Below are positions 27,197 through 40,200 of a stretch of 64,000 bases of DNA, piece by piece. Made by a program: the position numbers and the translations under genes. Source of the stretch: Lama glama. Taxonomy: Eukaryota. Location: positions 74,030,001 to 74,094,000 of the forward strand of contig CM052816.1 of the NCBI GenBank assembly GCA_028534125.1, in the 5' to 3' direction. Within the stretch, counting starts at the first letter, position 1, and every line of letters begins with the position of its first letter. The notes beneath the pieces are model-generated. The model saw only the letters and a program-made list of their open reading frames with translations. It made no database searches and was not told the origin of the DNA.

Positions 27197-27696
27197 NNNN
27201 NNNNNNNNNNNNNNNNNNNNNNNNNNNNNNNNNNNNNNNNNNNNNNNNNNNNNNNNNNNNNNNNNNNNNNNNNNNNNNNNNNNNNNNNNNNNNNNNNNNN
27301 NNNNNNNNNNNNNNNNNNNNNNNNNNNNNNNNNNNNNNNNNNNNNNNNNNNNNNNNNNNNNNNNNNNNNNNNNNNNNNNNNNNNNNNNNNNNNNNNNNNN
27401 NNNNNNNNNNNNNNNNNNNNNNNNNNNNNNNNNNNNNNNNNNNNNNNNNNNNNNNNNNNNNNNNNNNNNNNNNNNNNNNNNNNNNNNNNNNNNNNNNNNN
27501 NNNNNNNNNNNNNNNNNNNNNNNNNNNNNNNNNNNNNNNNNNNNNNNNNNNNNNNNNNNNNNNNNNNNNNNNNNNNNNNNNNNNNNNNNNNNNNNNNNNN
27601 NNNNNNNNNNNNNNNNNNNNNNNNNNNNNNNNNNNNNNNNNNNNNNNNNNNNNNNNNNNNNNNNNNNNNNNNNNNNNNNNNNNNNNNNNNNNNNNN
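27197..27696. other. Assembly gap (500 N)
   Basis: Run of exactly 500 N. Confidence 1.
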
Positions 27697-28885
27697 TCTC
27701 CCAGGGCAATAGAAATAAAAGAAAAAATAAACAAATGGGACCTAATCAAACTTATAAGCTTTTGCACAGCAAAGGAAACCATAAAAAAAAACAGAAAGAC
27801 AACTTCTGGACTGGGAGAATATATTTACAAACAATGCACCTGACAAAGGCTTAACTTCCAGAATACACAATTAGCTCATACAACTCAATAACAAAAAAAC
27901 AAAAAACCCAATCCAAAAAATGGGCAGAAGACCTAAATAGACATTTCTCCAAAGAAGACGTACAGATGGCCTGTAGGCACATGAAAAGATGCTCAATATT
28001 GCTAATTATCAAAGAAACGCAAATCAAAACTACAATGAGGTATCACCTCACACCAGTCAGAATGCCCATCAATAAAAAGTCCACAAACAAATGCTGGAGA
28101 GTTTTGGGAAAAAGAGAACTCTTCTGCACTGTTGGTGGGAATGTAATTTGGTGCAGCCACTATGGAAAGCAGTATGGACATTCTTTAAAAAAAACAAAAC
28201 TAGAACTAAAAATAGAGTTACCATATGATCCAGCAATCCCACTCCTGGGCATATACCGGGAGAAAACTCTAATTCGAAAAGATACAAGCACTCCAATGTT
28301 CACAGCAGCACTACTTACAATAGCCAAGACATAGAAGCAACCTAAATGTCCACCGACAGATGACTGGATAAACAAGATGTGATACACACACACACACACA
28401 CACTGGAATACTACAGAGCCATAAAAAAGAATAAAATAATGTCATTTGCACCAACATGGATGGACCTGGAGATTCTCATTCTAAGTGAAGTAAGCCACAA
28501 AAAGAAAAATACCATATGCTATTGCTTATATGTGGAATCTAAAAAAAAAAAGAAAAAAGACACAAATGAAGTTACTTACAAAACAAAAAACATACTCACA
28601 GATAAAGGTAACAGATTTATAGTTACCAAGGGGTAGAGGAGGTGGGAAGGGATAAATTGGGAGTTCGAGATTTGCAGATACTACTATATATAAACTAGAT
28701 AAACAAGTTTCTTTTGTACAGCACAGGGAACTATATTCAATATCTTGTAATAACCTATAATAGAGAATATGAAAACCAATACATGTATGTATATGTGTGA
28801 CTGAAACATTATGCTTTACACCAGACATTGACACAACATTGTAAACGGACTATACTACAATAGATTTTTAAAAACAAAGAAGAAG
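27697..28885 (+). mobile_element. L1 3' portion (ORF2 C-terminus, 3'UTR, A-rich tail)
   Basis: [29 protein letters not shown]...[14 protein letters not shown]; disrupted frames. Confidence 0.92.
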
Positions 28886-29565
28886 AAAAGATACATGCAC
28901 TCCAATGTTCAAAGCAGCACTATTTACAATAGCCAAGACATGGAAGCAACTTAGATGTCCATCAACAGATGATTGGATAAAGATGTGGTATCTTTATGCA
29001 ATGGAATATTACTCAGCCATTAAAAAGAATGAAATCATGTCATTTACAGCAACATGGACAGATCTAGAGATTATCATATTAAGTGAAGTAAGTCAGACAG
29101 AGAAAACAAATATATGATATTACTTATTTGTGATAAATGAACTTATTTACAAAACAGAAACAGGCTGGGGCTCACAGCCTTCAAGGCATTAGCCTGCTGT
29201 AACTCTCTTTGCCAAACAAAGCAATAATGCTGCTCTTTTCTTTGCTCCCCCGGCAAAAAACAAAACAAAAAACCAAAGAACAGAGAACCCCCAGAGAAAC
29301 AGGCTAACAGACATGGAAAACAAACGTATGGTTACCAAAGGAGAAGGGGGGGAGAGGACTAAATTAGGAATTTTGGATTAGCAGATACGAACTACTAACT
29401 ATAAAATAATAAACAACAAGGTCCTACTGTATAGCACCAGGAACTATATTCAATATCCTGTAATAACTTACAATGAAAAAAATACGTATGTATAACTGAA
29501 CTACTATGCTGTACATGAGAAACTAACACAACATTGTAATTCAACTATACTTCCAATAAAAAAAA
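28886..29565 (+). mobile_element. Second L1 3' end, different subfamily, abutting the first
   Basis: Restarts at aaaagatacatgcactccaatgttc; [15 protein letters not shown]; ends tcaactatacttccaataaaaaaaa. Confidence 0.88.
29167..29294 (+). mobile_element. LTR 3' fragment with A-rich tail, flanked by an 11-bp TSD
   Basis: AGAAACAGGCT direct repeats at 29156-29166 and 29295-29305; ERV1-LTR-like aaggcattagcctgctgt...caaagcaataatgctg. Confidence 0.7.
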
Positions 29566-30689
29566 TTATACCAATATAACCAGAAATGTTCTGATTAACT
29601 TGTGATTTCTTGAAAAGAACAGACTCTTCACATAAAAGGGAATAAGCAACAGATGAGACAAGGAGAAAAATAGAAAGCAAAGCAAGCAGAGTGTAGCAGG
29701 GTAGGAGTGATAATGCCAGCAGTTTAAATGGGCACAATACTCTCTTTAGCTCCTCTCACTTCGGGCTTCCTACTACCTTCAGGTCTCAGCACAAATAACC
29801 CTTCTTCAAGAGGGGGGCCTCCCCCAGTTACTACTACATTACTGTATTTATTTTACAGTACGTATTTCAATCATCCAGCTTCTTTGTGGTCTGTATCCTC
29901 TACTAGAACTTAAGCTGCAATAAAGCTATTCTTTACCTTTATTACTAGGCATAGTGCCTGGTATATTGTGCACACTCAGTATGTATCGTATAAATAAATA
30001 GTGCCTTTGGGCAGTAGGCTGACCACAGAGAAAATAACTGTAAATCTTCTTTTGGTTGCAGGAAACCATCTGTGGTTGTCCCTAAAGAACTCTAGGAAGC
30101 CTAGAGTATGATAAGACGTGTATTATGCTGCCCATAAGAAATGCCAAATTATAACTGCATTCGGACAGAAAAAGTTTGTCCTTAACATGACTAAAAGCAC
30201 CTAATATTATGGTTAATGCATTCAGTAATAGATCATTTTAGCAAACATTTAAGCTGTGCAGGTAAAAATACATGTAATTTCCTCCCTCAGCTGAGTCTTT
30301 CCCGTTCGCTAAGAACTGAGTGTAACAAGCAGTGAGAAGTTCTAACAGTAACTGAGCCACATTTTAAGGTTCTGTGAGGAGTCTAGCCGCTTGAGATTGA
30401 AGATTTGGATTTTCTATGGTCTCTTTCTCAAGTATATAATCAATATAATCCCACTGCTGCTCCTGCTTTACGTTGGATACTAGTTTTGAGAAACTGTAGG
30501 TACGAAAGAGAAAGAAATGTTCCTCCCTGAGCCTCCCCTTTTGGGCCAGTGCTTCCTAGCGTAAGCCAGATGTCTCCTTGGTGCTCAGAGCGCACCCACC
30601 ACTCCGAGGTAGGGAGACGGGATGGGAACTGGCCGGGCTCACTATACAGCGTCTTGTCTCCAGTTAATCAGGGTCAAGCTACCCTTTAA

Positions 30690-31850
30690 GTGGCTTTTTC
30701 GACTAGTGAGCACTTAGTACTCATGATGACGCGTTCTGGCCACGTCACTACAGTCCGCAAGGAAGAGCCGCCCCCTGTGTTCACCCGCACAGAGGCCAAG
30801 AATAATTATCAAGAAATCCCCAAGGCGGTGGTGAAACGTCACGGAGGAGTCAGGTGTACAAGGTTGCGAGTTCTCGTCTCGTGGAAACCTCGGACACCCA
30901 CCCTGAGGAATCCCTGGAAGGAAGTCAGAGTATCCGTACACCCTCGGAACCCACGACGGCAGCGGGCTCCGAGCTCAGGCGTCTGGGCACAAGGCCGCGC
31001 GTCCGACGTTCGGGAGTTAATTCTGCGTCCCTCTTCCCCGTCGCCAGGTGGCGCCTTGTGGCTAGCTCGGCGGTAAGTCTGTGGACGGCGCCCGCTAAAC
31101 CGAGAACGAATCCTACGGTTCGGCGGAAGGAAAAAAGCAAGGCACTTTGTAGTTCTCACCCCACCATCCCAAAAGTCTTTTTGTGGCGCAGGTCTGAGGG
31201 TAACTCCAGGTATCCAACTGCACTCAAGCGTCCTTCCCGCCGGCTCAGCGTGGGACCGGTATCCCGGCGTTCTCTCGGCCGGCGCTGCGGGCTGCAGCCG
31301 CTCTGGCCCGCGGCCGGCATCTCTGTGGTGCCGACAGAGGCGGGCGGGGAGGGGCGGGGCCTCCGTTCGCGCCGCGGGCTGCAGCCGCGAGAGCGGATGG
31401 TGGGTGCGGCTGAGCTGCACGAGGAACCCGGCGGGAGGGGCACGGTCTGGACGCCGCCAAACTGCGTCCTGAGGTGGGAGGCCAGAGGCGGGGACCAGCT
31501 GAACCTGAAGTCTGGAAGATCCAGGTTCCCGATGGGGAGGGCGTGCAGGGGCAGCAGGCTTCCGGGACCCGAGACTGTCGGAGTGCTCAGTCCTTACTGG
31601 TCGGAGGCCCCGGGATCTGGGCGGTCCCTGCACCGCCCTTCGGCTTCATCCCGCCTTCTTGGTCCCTTAGATGTCCTGCCCTTGACAAGGTTTCTCGCCC
31701 CTCGCGTTTCCCAGGCTCAGGGCTGAGTGCCGGGGGTCTTGCCGGAGCTGCCCGTTTTCATGTTAACAGCGCGAGAGCCCTTAATGCCGCCCTGCTCCTG
31801 GAGGCGTGATTGTGATGAGTGTAACAGGCTCCCTTCCCTACGGACGGAGG
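30690..31850 (+). promoter_or_regulatory. TMEM267: TMEM267 CpG-island promoter with non-coding first exon
   Basis: High GC and CpG density; GC boxes ~31341-31360; donor GCG|GTAAGT at 31073; CCACGTCA at 30740-30747. Confidence 0.8.
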
Positions 31851-33292
31851 GGTTTCCTACCCTATTTTCCTAATAGACATTTTAAAAATTACTGCATCAC
31901 GCCAACCTTGGGAAAGACATTGAGAATTTGCCAAGACTTGCTGAAATTCAGAATTGTATGTTTTATTCGTAATAATCATAGGGATAAACGTTTTATATGC
32001 AGGCTATGAAAAGTATCTGAAACGGAGCAAGATGTGTGTTTTCTTTCTTTGCAGGTTAACTGTATTAGGTTTGGCATCTGCTTTCGGTATTATGGCATTA
32101 AAGAAAAATATATATTAAGTTTCGTAGTAGCTACAGTTCGGTGAAGAGGCCTTATTTGTAACGCATAATAAAGGCAGTTTTCGGATTTTAGACTGCTGTC
32201 ACCACAGGGTTTTGTAAATATTTGTGTTGGAGGTTAGCGGGGGAGGAAGAGGGTGAAGCAGAAAAAGACATTTCTGTTGGGAATTTGTTACCTCTTACTT
32301 GCTTTGTAATGATGTTTAAGAGATTATTAACAAACAGTGCACAATAGTGTGTAATTAAAGTAACTGGCTAAGTGTGTGTGGAGTTAAGGAGAGAGAGGAT
32401 TACTACTGCGTATACTTTGAAGGCCTCATAGTTGATGGCATTTTACTATAATGAGGGATGAAGTGTGGCAGAATTTAGCTATAATAGAAGGTGGCTCCTT
32501 CAAGTCAGAGAGAAATTTATGATCTGGGTACTGGCTGTTATGGCAGAGAAATCATTCCAAATCTTTAATTCACAGGCTGAGGATTTGCCTACCTGCTTAC
32601 CCCCTGTATTAATAAAGTAAAATATTAAGGATCCTGCCCAACAAAAGTGAATATGTAAAGTAAACATAAAGCTATTTGACAATTTAAGAGGTTCTGAAGT
32701 GCATTCTGTTTGTATGGGGAGGAGAAGGAAGTGGAAAACGAAAAAGGAAAAAAAAATGGAACACTTAGTTGTGTTAGAGACAATAAAGAGGAAGTACACT
32801 TACTAAATTTCTTTCTCATACTCAATCTAATCGAAATATCTGCACCAATAATTGGAGTGGAATAGATGTCAGAATTCTGTGTTTTTGGGACCATAATTAT
32901 TTATACCTTTCTTGAAAATAGAAACTATTGTTTTAGTTATCTATTGTTGCATAACAAATTACCCCCAAACTTAGAGGCTTACAGCTGAACATTTATTATC
33001 TCACTGTATGTAGGCCAGGATTTGAGAAGAGGCTTAGCTGAGTGGTTCTGCTCAGGGTCTCATGAAGCTGTAGTCCAAATGGTGGCAGGGCTGCATGCAT
33101 CTGAAAGCTTGACTGGGGCTGAAGGATCTGCTTCCAAGTTCACTCAAATGAGCTTTTTGTTCCTTTCTCATCAAGCAAATTGTTTAAACTTTACATTTAA
33201 AATGCATTTTGTGCTGCCCCGTTATGTGTATCTGTTCCTATTTGTAAACCACAAAATAGTTATTTTCTATATAGTAAGTTTTTCTTTTTCAG

Positions 33293-33416
33293 GTCACTTT
33301 AAATTTGGATCATCATTTAAATACCTGAAGTGATCTTCTGATGTTTCACTTTGCTCATGACACTTTACTGGCTGCTCGATCCTTTTAGTATCTGGACTCA
33401 TCAAGTAAAATGTAAG
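33293..33416 (+). other. TMEM267: Candidate TMEM267 5'UTR cassette exon
   Basis: Polypyrimidine tract tttttctttttcag and consensus donor AAG|GTGAGT; 124 nt. Confidence 0.45.
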
Positions 33417-34599
33417 GTGAGTAACATTTAAGTATATTTCGTGATGATAAAAATTGTTTAGTGAGTAAAAGAAGATGGATGTAATGCAGTGGCTTTATAG
33501 AAACAGCATGCAGTTTGTAATTAGGTAGATAATGACCTTTTATTTCTGTCTGATTTCTGGGATAAAGTTTGACAGTAAATTTGTAATGAAATGCATATGT
33601 AAGCGCAGTTTGAGTGGCAGAAGAGCTTTTCTGTTAGGCTTCTGTGTAGTCTCTGTCCAGCCTACGTTCTCCCCCGACTCAGCCACCTGAGTGGCCTTCT
33701 TTCTCCTTAGGGCTGATTTACAGCACGGCTTTCTGAAGGGGAGGGATATTGCTGCTTCTGCTGTATCTCTCTGGTTTGGTCACTAATTCAAGCTTTCTGT
33801 GTCCCAGTTCCCATCTAGCTAAGTGGATACTGTCATTTATCTTTGGCTCAAAGGAATATTTCATAGACTTTAAAATTACATGCACTGAGCCTTTAAATAC
33901 ATTGACTTATTTATCCATTCAACTGTCAAATGTTTACTTTGCAAAATAGAGACAAATAATTCATAATTTGTAGGACTATAAATCCTGAGGTTTACAGAAA
34001 GGATTCATGACCTTGGAGGTGTCTTTTGCATATTTTGCATTTTAGTCATATCTCTTGTTGAAAGTACCTTTAAATCATTATTTCCTAATCCTGGGAGAGT
34101 CTGTAGATTAGAACCCAAACTTATTGCTTTAAAGAACAGTTTTCTTTTTTGCCAATGACCAAGAATATGAGCATTGATTGTAGATTCCATTAACAAAATA
34201 GTTGCTCTCTGCAAAGTATTTTTCACATTAATAAAAAAAGAATGAAAGGAACCTGCATAAGTTTATTTCATCTAGAGATAGAGAAATCTTTCATACAGAC
34301 TTTTCATGTGTCTACTAATACATAAATATGAACAAGTTAGTTTTATATTATAGTATAAATTTGACTTATGAGAATTGTATATAATTTTATTAATGTTTAT
34401 TAATGTATCCTAATATTTTTATTAATACATATTTATAGTGTTATAAATGTTTCTACCTTTTTAATTAAACTTTTAAGAAGCTGACTTTAACATCATGATG
34501 TGAATTGTTTAATTACTTCTGACTGTTAACTTTTCAAAGTCGCTTTATTGGTTTTATGTTCATAATAGCAAGACATTGAAAATTTGTAAGAGATCAAAG

Positions 34600-35460
34600 G
34601 GAAAAAAAGTAAGGATCACATGTAAGCCCACCAGTGAGACAAGCCAAATGAACAGCCTTCCAGATTTTTTCATGCATATGCACATATTTTTAACAAAAAT
34701 GCAATATTTTACATATTATTTTATAGGCTACCATTTAAAATTTAACACCTATTGAGTATTTTTCTATGTCAATAAATATGGGAATAAGTTTTTTTTTTAA
34801 TGGCTGCATAGTTGTGTGGAATGTATTTCACTAGTCCTGTATTTTGGACATTTAGTTTCTGGTTTTTCCTTATAAACAATACCATGCTGAACATCCATGT
34901 GTAATTCTTTGTATTTATCTAATTCATTTCTTAGGGTAAATTCCTAGAATTGGAAGTGCTAAGTCAAAAGTGTTTGCTTATCAGTTTTTAATGATTTTTG
35001 ATACATGTGCATATTGTCAAATTGTCTGCTAGAAAAGTTGTACCAATTTATACTCCTGCTAATGCTCTGTAAGAGTGATCATTCCCCCACCGCTAACAGA
35101 AAGAATTAGCAAGCTTTTGTCTATCTTACACTGAAATCTCATTGTTTTAATTTAAATTCAATTGAGTACCAATAAAGTTGAAATGTTTTAATAGTTTTTT
35201 TTTAACTATTTGCATTTCTTCCTTTTCCAAGCTGCCTTTTCGTAGACACTGTCCACATTATTATTGGGATACTTATTTTTTCTTTTTATTCATTTTAAGA
35301 GCCCTTAATAAAGTAATGCTTGTAATCTTTCTCCAGGATAACTGTTCTAAATTTCCTCTCTTTATTTGTCTTTAACTTTGCCATGTAAAGGTTTTATATT
35401 TTCATATAGTGATGTCTATCAGTATTTTAAAAATAATTTGGAGCTCAGTTCTGAAAGTCT
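34600..35460 (-). mobile_element. Old L1 fragment (antisense)
   Basis: ttagggtaaattcctagaattggaagtgct, gttgtaccaatttatactcc. Confidence 0.6.
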
Positions 35461-35774
35461 AACTCGCTGAATTATATAAAAGTCTGTTTACAAATTCATA
35501 TAAATATTCCAGATTTATAACCCAACTGATTACAAAAACTAACCCTAGAAAATTTCCAGGCAGCTGGTCATTCAAACTGATTCCCTGTCTTAATTTAACA
35601 AGAGAAATGGTCAGTATTGCAAAACTCTAATCCATCCGAATATGACATTTTAAAATCTACAGTTGTTTGATTTAACAACTGTACCATATAAAGCTGCACA
35701 TTGCGCAGATGATCCAGTCTCAGGTTTCCTCTGATAATTGACTCTCTGGTAATACTTAGCAATTAAAGCCATTT

Positions 35775-36295
35775 GTAACAGACTGATTACAAACGTGGAC
35801 TGGTCATTTCCTGTTCAGTATAGTATATTCCTCTTCTAATGCATCTTGAAGGAGAAGAGAACCCACCTTCTACTATCTGTGCTGAAAAGGCCAAATACTA
35901 TCTTTTCTAACCTCCCTTGCAACTAGGGTACAGGCATGTGACCAGTGCCCACTCTGAATTTTGTATTGAGAGCAAAGAAATAAACATAAACAGGAATCTT
36001 TCATGGCAGCAGCAGACAGGGCAGCACTGGCGGCCGTGCCCATGGTCACATCTGGTGATGGGTTCGGCAGTGGAAGCGAGGCTCAGTGGTGGGGGGGGGG
36101 TCTTCACAGGTGTCTGCTGTCATTTTCACTGAGGTGCTTGAGGCATAGGTTTGAAGCCTGGTTCTTGAAACCTGGCAGGCCTATGACTTGCCAATATCCT
36201 TTTGTAAATTTATTTTTTTAATTCTTATTTTATTTTATTTTTTTGGAGGTGGGAGCCAACTAGGCTTATATATATAATGTGTATATATGTATATA

Positions 36296-36337
<42 letters not shown>

Positions 36338-36501
36338 GTTAATGGCGGTACTGGGGATTGAACCCAGGACCACGTGCATGCTAACACCTGCTCTACCAAT
36401 GAGCTATACCCTCCCCTTTCCAAATATCCTTTTAATAAATGTTTTTCTCTTTTACTGCCAGTGTTTTCTGTTCTGTGCACTTAACAATCCTAACTGATAC
36501 A
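35775..36501 (+). mobile_element. MLT1-like LTR interrupted by a SINE
   Basis: Ends ...aataaatg...cctaactgataca, typical of MLT1; 5' boundary approximate. Confidence 0.55.
36204..36417 (-). mobile_element. Vic-1-like SINE containing a (TA)/(CA) microsatellite
   Basis: ggggattgaacccaggaccacgtgcatgcta...gagctataccctcccc; aatatcctttt repeated on both flanks (36193, 36423). Confidence 0.85.
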
Positions 36502-38364
36502 GCATCTGAGTGAAATAATCATTCCTTACTGATTTGAAATTAGACATACATTTCCTCCTCCCCATACACATTTGATCTGTCTCGGACTTTGTACTCACCT
36601 TTCAGTATTCACATTACTCTAACTTTTTGAAGTTTATCGGCATTTACTCTTTCAAATAAAATTTAGAAAGTTTGTGAAGTTGCTAGAAGAAAATCCCTTT
36701 ATGATTTTGATTAGAATTACATTGTAGATTAATTTGAGAAACCACCACCCATGTTGTCTTCTTACTCAGTTAAATGCCCTGGCGCTTGTGTCAGTGCAGT
36801 TCATCAAAGCAGCAGAACCGCTTTGCATGCTAAAGGGTAAGAAATTAATCACAGGGCTTAGACTTTCTGTAATTGTGGGGCTGGGAGAGCAGCTGTGCAG
36901 GCTGTTGTCTCGAGTCTGCCGTTGAGCCTGAAGCTGCCACAGATCAGCTGGACAGACAGTTGGGAAGGGAAGGTGGGTGTGGATGAGAACAAGGACAGGG
37001 GGATCTGCACTGGCCTCTCACCGACTCCAGTTTTGACCCCATGGGTAACTGGCAGAGCTGGCACTTCTGACCTTGGGCTATACACGCTGGCCCAGGATTT
37101 GGAGAAGGTGATGGAGGATGTGGTGGGAGCTGAAGGAGCTGCAAACCCAGCTGCTTCCTTTGCCAACACGGTGAGCTGACAGGTCAGCAGAACACTTAAG
37201 CTCCACACTGTCTTAACACTGACCTTCAGAGTTTAACAGAACGGCTGCTGCTTCACCCCCGTCTTCCAAGTCCCATATGCAGTGTCCCCTGTGGCCAACC
37301 TTGCCCAGAACCATACAAGGAGGGGCATTCTGTACTTGCACCTTCGCTGTGTTGTCACAGCCCAAAGCCACCTGAGCTTTAATTAGCTGGTTGGCCTTTT
37401 CCATCCTTTAATACAGTTTTGTCCTTTGCTTCACACGTGTTACCTGTTCAGTTGATTCCTTGATCTTTGAGTTTTTATTGCGATTCTGAATGTACATTTC
37501 CCCATATTGTCCCCTTATGATTACTGCTGATATATTAATGTTTATCTTGAATTAGCCACGTTTTGCAACTTAAATTCTATTCAATTCATTCTCTTGGATA
37601 GGAAGTCATTTCACTTACACACTAATGTAATGATCTTTTTCTTCCTGTCAGGGTGATGACACAATTTTCTTTCTCTCCTTCCATCCATCCCTCCATCCCT
37701 TCCTTGCCTCATTACATTGATTAAAACTGCCAGAACAATATTATAGTAGCTGTACTGTTTTTTTTCAATCCATATATAGATTTTTTCTAATTGAAGTGTA
37801 GCTGATTTAGCGTTTCAAGTGTACAGCAAAGTGATTCAGTTATACTGTTTATGACTTTCAAGGTAATGTTTTGTGGTTTTTGTCATTTTGGTTTTCTATT
37901 AACCTAGTGGTTGTTACTGTTTAGTGAACATAAGAATTACCTGTTTAGAACCCTGCTGTCATGACTCAGAGCTCTGTAATTGTGGCTCCACAATATTTGG
38001 CATTTAGTGTGGGTATTAATCATGTTCACTTTCCTTTGCAGAGAACCTTTTTTTTTTCCTTGTTTTTTTCAGACTAGGAAACGCTTAAGGATTTTCTCTC
38101 TCTTTTTTTGTTTTGTTTTTTTGTTTTTTCTTTCAGTGCCCAACTCTTTGTCCTTTTTTTCCCCCCCTCAAGCTCTGGGAAAATTCTTTGAAAGTGTTCT
38201 TATTCACTGTGCTTTTCGAAGCATTCATTTTACTGTGCATTGCTTCTGTTGACTTTTTGTTTAGGCAGTCAGGCTTTTTACCTCCATAATCTCTTTCTTG
38301 TCTTCAGATTGCTCCTTTTATATGAAAGGCTGCTATTGTTATCGATAGTGAAGTATATTTTCCT

Positions 38365-40200
38365 TACTTTTTAACATCTTTATTGGAGTATAATTGACAT
38401 GTAATAAACTGTACCTATTTAAAATGTACAGTGTGATATGCTTTGATGTAGGTATGAAACTATGCACCATGAAACCATCACCACAGTCAAGATAATGAAC
38501 ACATCTGCCCACCCCCCCCCCGATTTCCTTATGCTCCTTTTTAATGCTTCCTATCCTTCCTGTCTCCAGGCAACCACTAATCTGCTTTCTGTCACTTAGT
38601 TTGCATTTTCTAGAATTTTTCATAAATGGAATCATATTATGTACCCTTTTAAAAAACGTATTTCTAAATGAAAATTTCAAACATAAAGGTAGAGTACAGT
38701 ATAATGAACTAAATTATATCCATTACCTAAATTTAACCATTATAACATTTTCCCATAATGCTTTATTTACTTTTTAAAAATTAATAGAATTTATTTTTTA
38801 TAGCAGTTTTAGGTTTCCAGAAAAACTGAACAGAGTATTCCCATATATTCCTTTTCCCTCTGCACACATTTCCCCCTATTGTTAATGTTTTGCATGAATG
38901 TGGTGCTTTTGTTACAGTTAATAAACAAATATTGATACCTTTGTATTGACTAAAGTCCATAGTTTACATTAGGGTTCATTCTTTGTGTTACACAGTTCAA
39001 TGGGTTTTGACTACCTACTTTTTGTTGTTGTTGTTCTGGCTTAGTATTATTTTAGGATTCATTCATGATTTTGTCCGTATCCCTTTTTTTGTTTCTTTTA
39101 TTCTTTTCCCCCATATTTTGTTTAGCCAGTTGGGTTGTTTACAGTTCAGAGCTAATGGAGAGAAAGCTGCTATGAACACTGATGTGCAAATCTTTGTGCA
39201 GATATTTGCTCTCATTTTTCTTAGGTAAATACCTCGGAGTGGAATGATGGTGTGATATAGTATTAGTATGTTTAACTTTTTCAGAAACTGGGAAGTGGTT
39301 GTATCATTTTACATTTCCACCAGCAAGGTGTGAGAGTTTTGGTTGCTCCGCATCTTGCCAACATTTGGGATGGTCAGTCTTTAATTTTAGCTATTCTAAT
39401 AGTTATGTTTGTAATCTCATTGTGGTTTTAATTTTCATTTCCATAATTTATGATGTTGAGCATATTTCATGTGTTTATTGATCATCTGTATATTATCTCT
39501 GTAAAGTACCTTTTCAAATCTTTTGCCCATTTTTCTATCAGTTTCATTTTCTGTCCTCAAGTTTTGAGAATTCTTTAGTCTGTATATAAACCCTTTATCA
39601 AATATGAGATACACAAATATTTCCTCCCAGTCTGTGTCTTGTCTTTTCATTCTCTTGACATTGTCTTTCGAAGGGCAGAAGTTCTTAACTTTGATGAAGT
39701 TCAATTTATCAAGTTTTTAAAAGATTGAGCTTTTGATGTGGCTATGAAGAACTCTTTGTATAATAACCCAAGGACAAAAATATTCTCCTATGTTTTCTTC
39801 CAGAAGGTTTATAGTTTTGTGTTTTACTTTTAGGTCTGTGATCCATTTTTAGTTAATCTTTGTTTAGGGAAGAAGGTATGGATTGAGGTTTATTATTTTT
39901 ACGTATGGATTTCCAGTTGTTCCAGCACCATTTGTTGAAAGGAGTATCTTTTCCCCATTGACTTGCCTCTGCATGTTTGTCAAAAATCAGTTGACCTTGT
40001 ATGTGTGAATCTATTTCTGATCCCACTCTCTCTTCTGTTTCATTGATCTGTTTGTCCATCTTCATACCAATACCAGATTCTTAATTACTGTGGCTTTATC
40101 ATAAGACTTGAAACCAAATGGTGTAAGTCCTTCAACTTAGTTCCTCTTTTTCAAAGTTGTTTTCCTGTCTAGGTCTTTTGCATTTTGCTTTTGATTTTTG
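38365..40200 (-). mobile_element. Old L1 3' region (antisense) with nested fragments
   Basis: Minus-strand ORF2-like peptides [13 protein letters not shown]...[10 protein letters not shown] and KRQDTDWEEIF. Confidence 0.8.

Noticed and set aside
27144..27782. 212/172-aa ORFs (and 59398-59940)
   Set aside because: Artefacts of translating N runs.
30839..31809. Long ORFs (290 aa +, 264 aa -) over the CpG island
   Set aside because: Overlapping ORFs on both strands, Arg/Pro/Gly-rich, with no recognisable domain; expected from stop-codon scarcity in GC-rich DNA.
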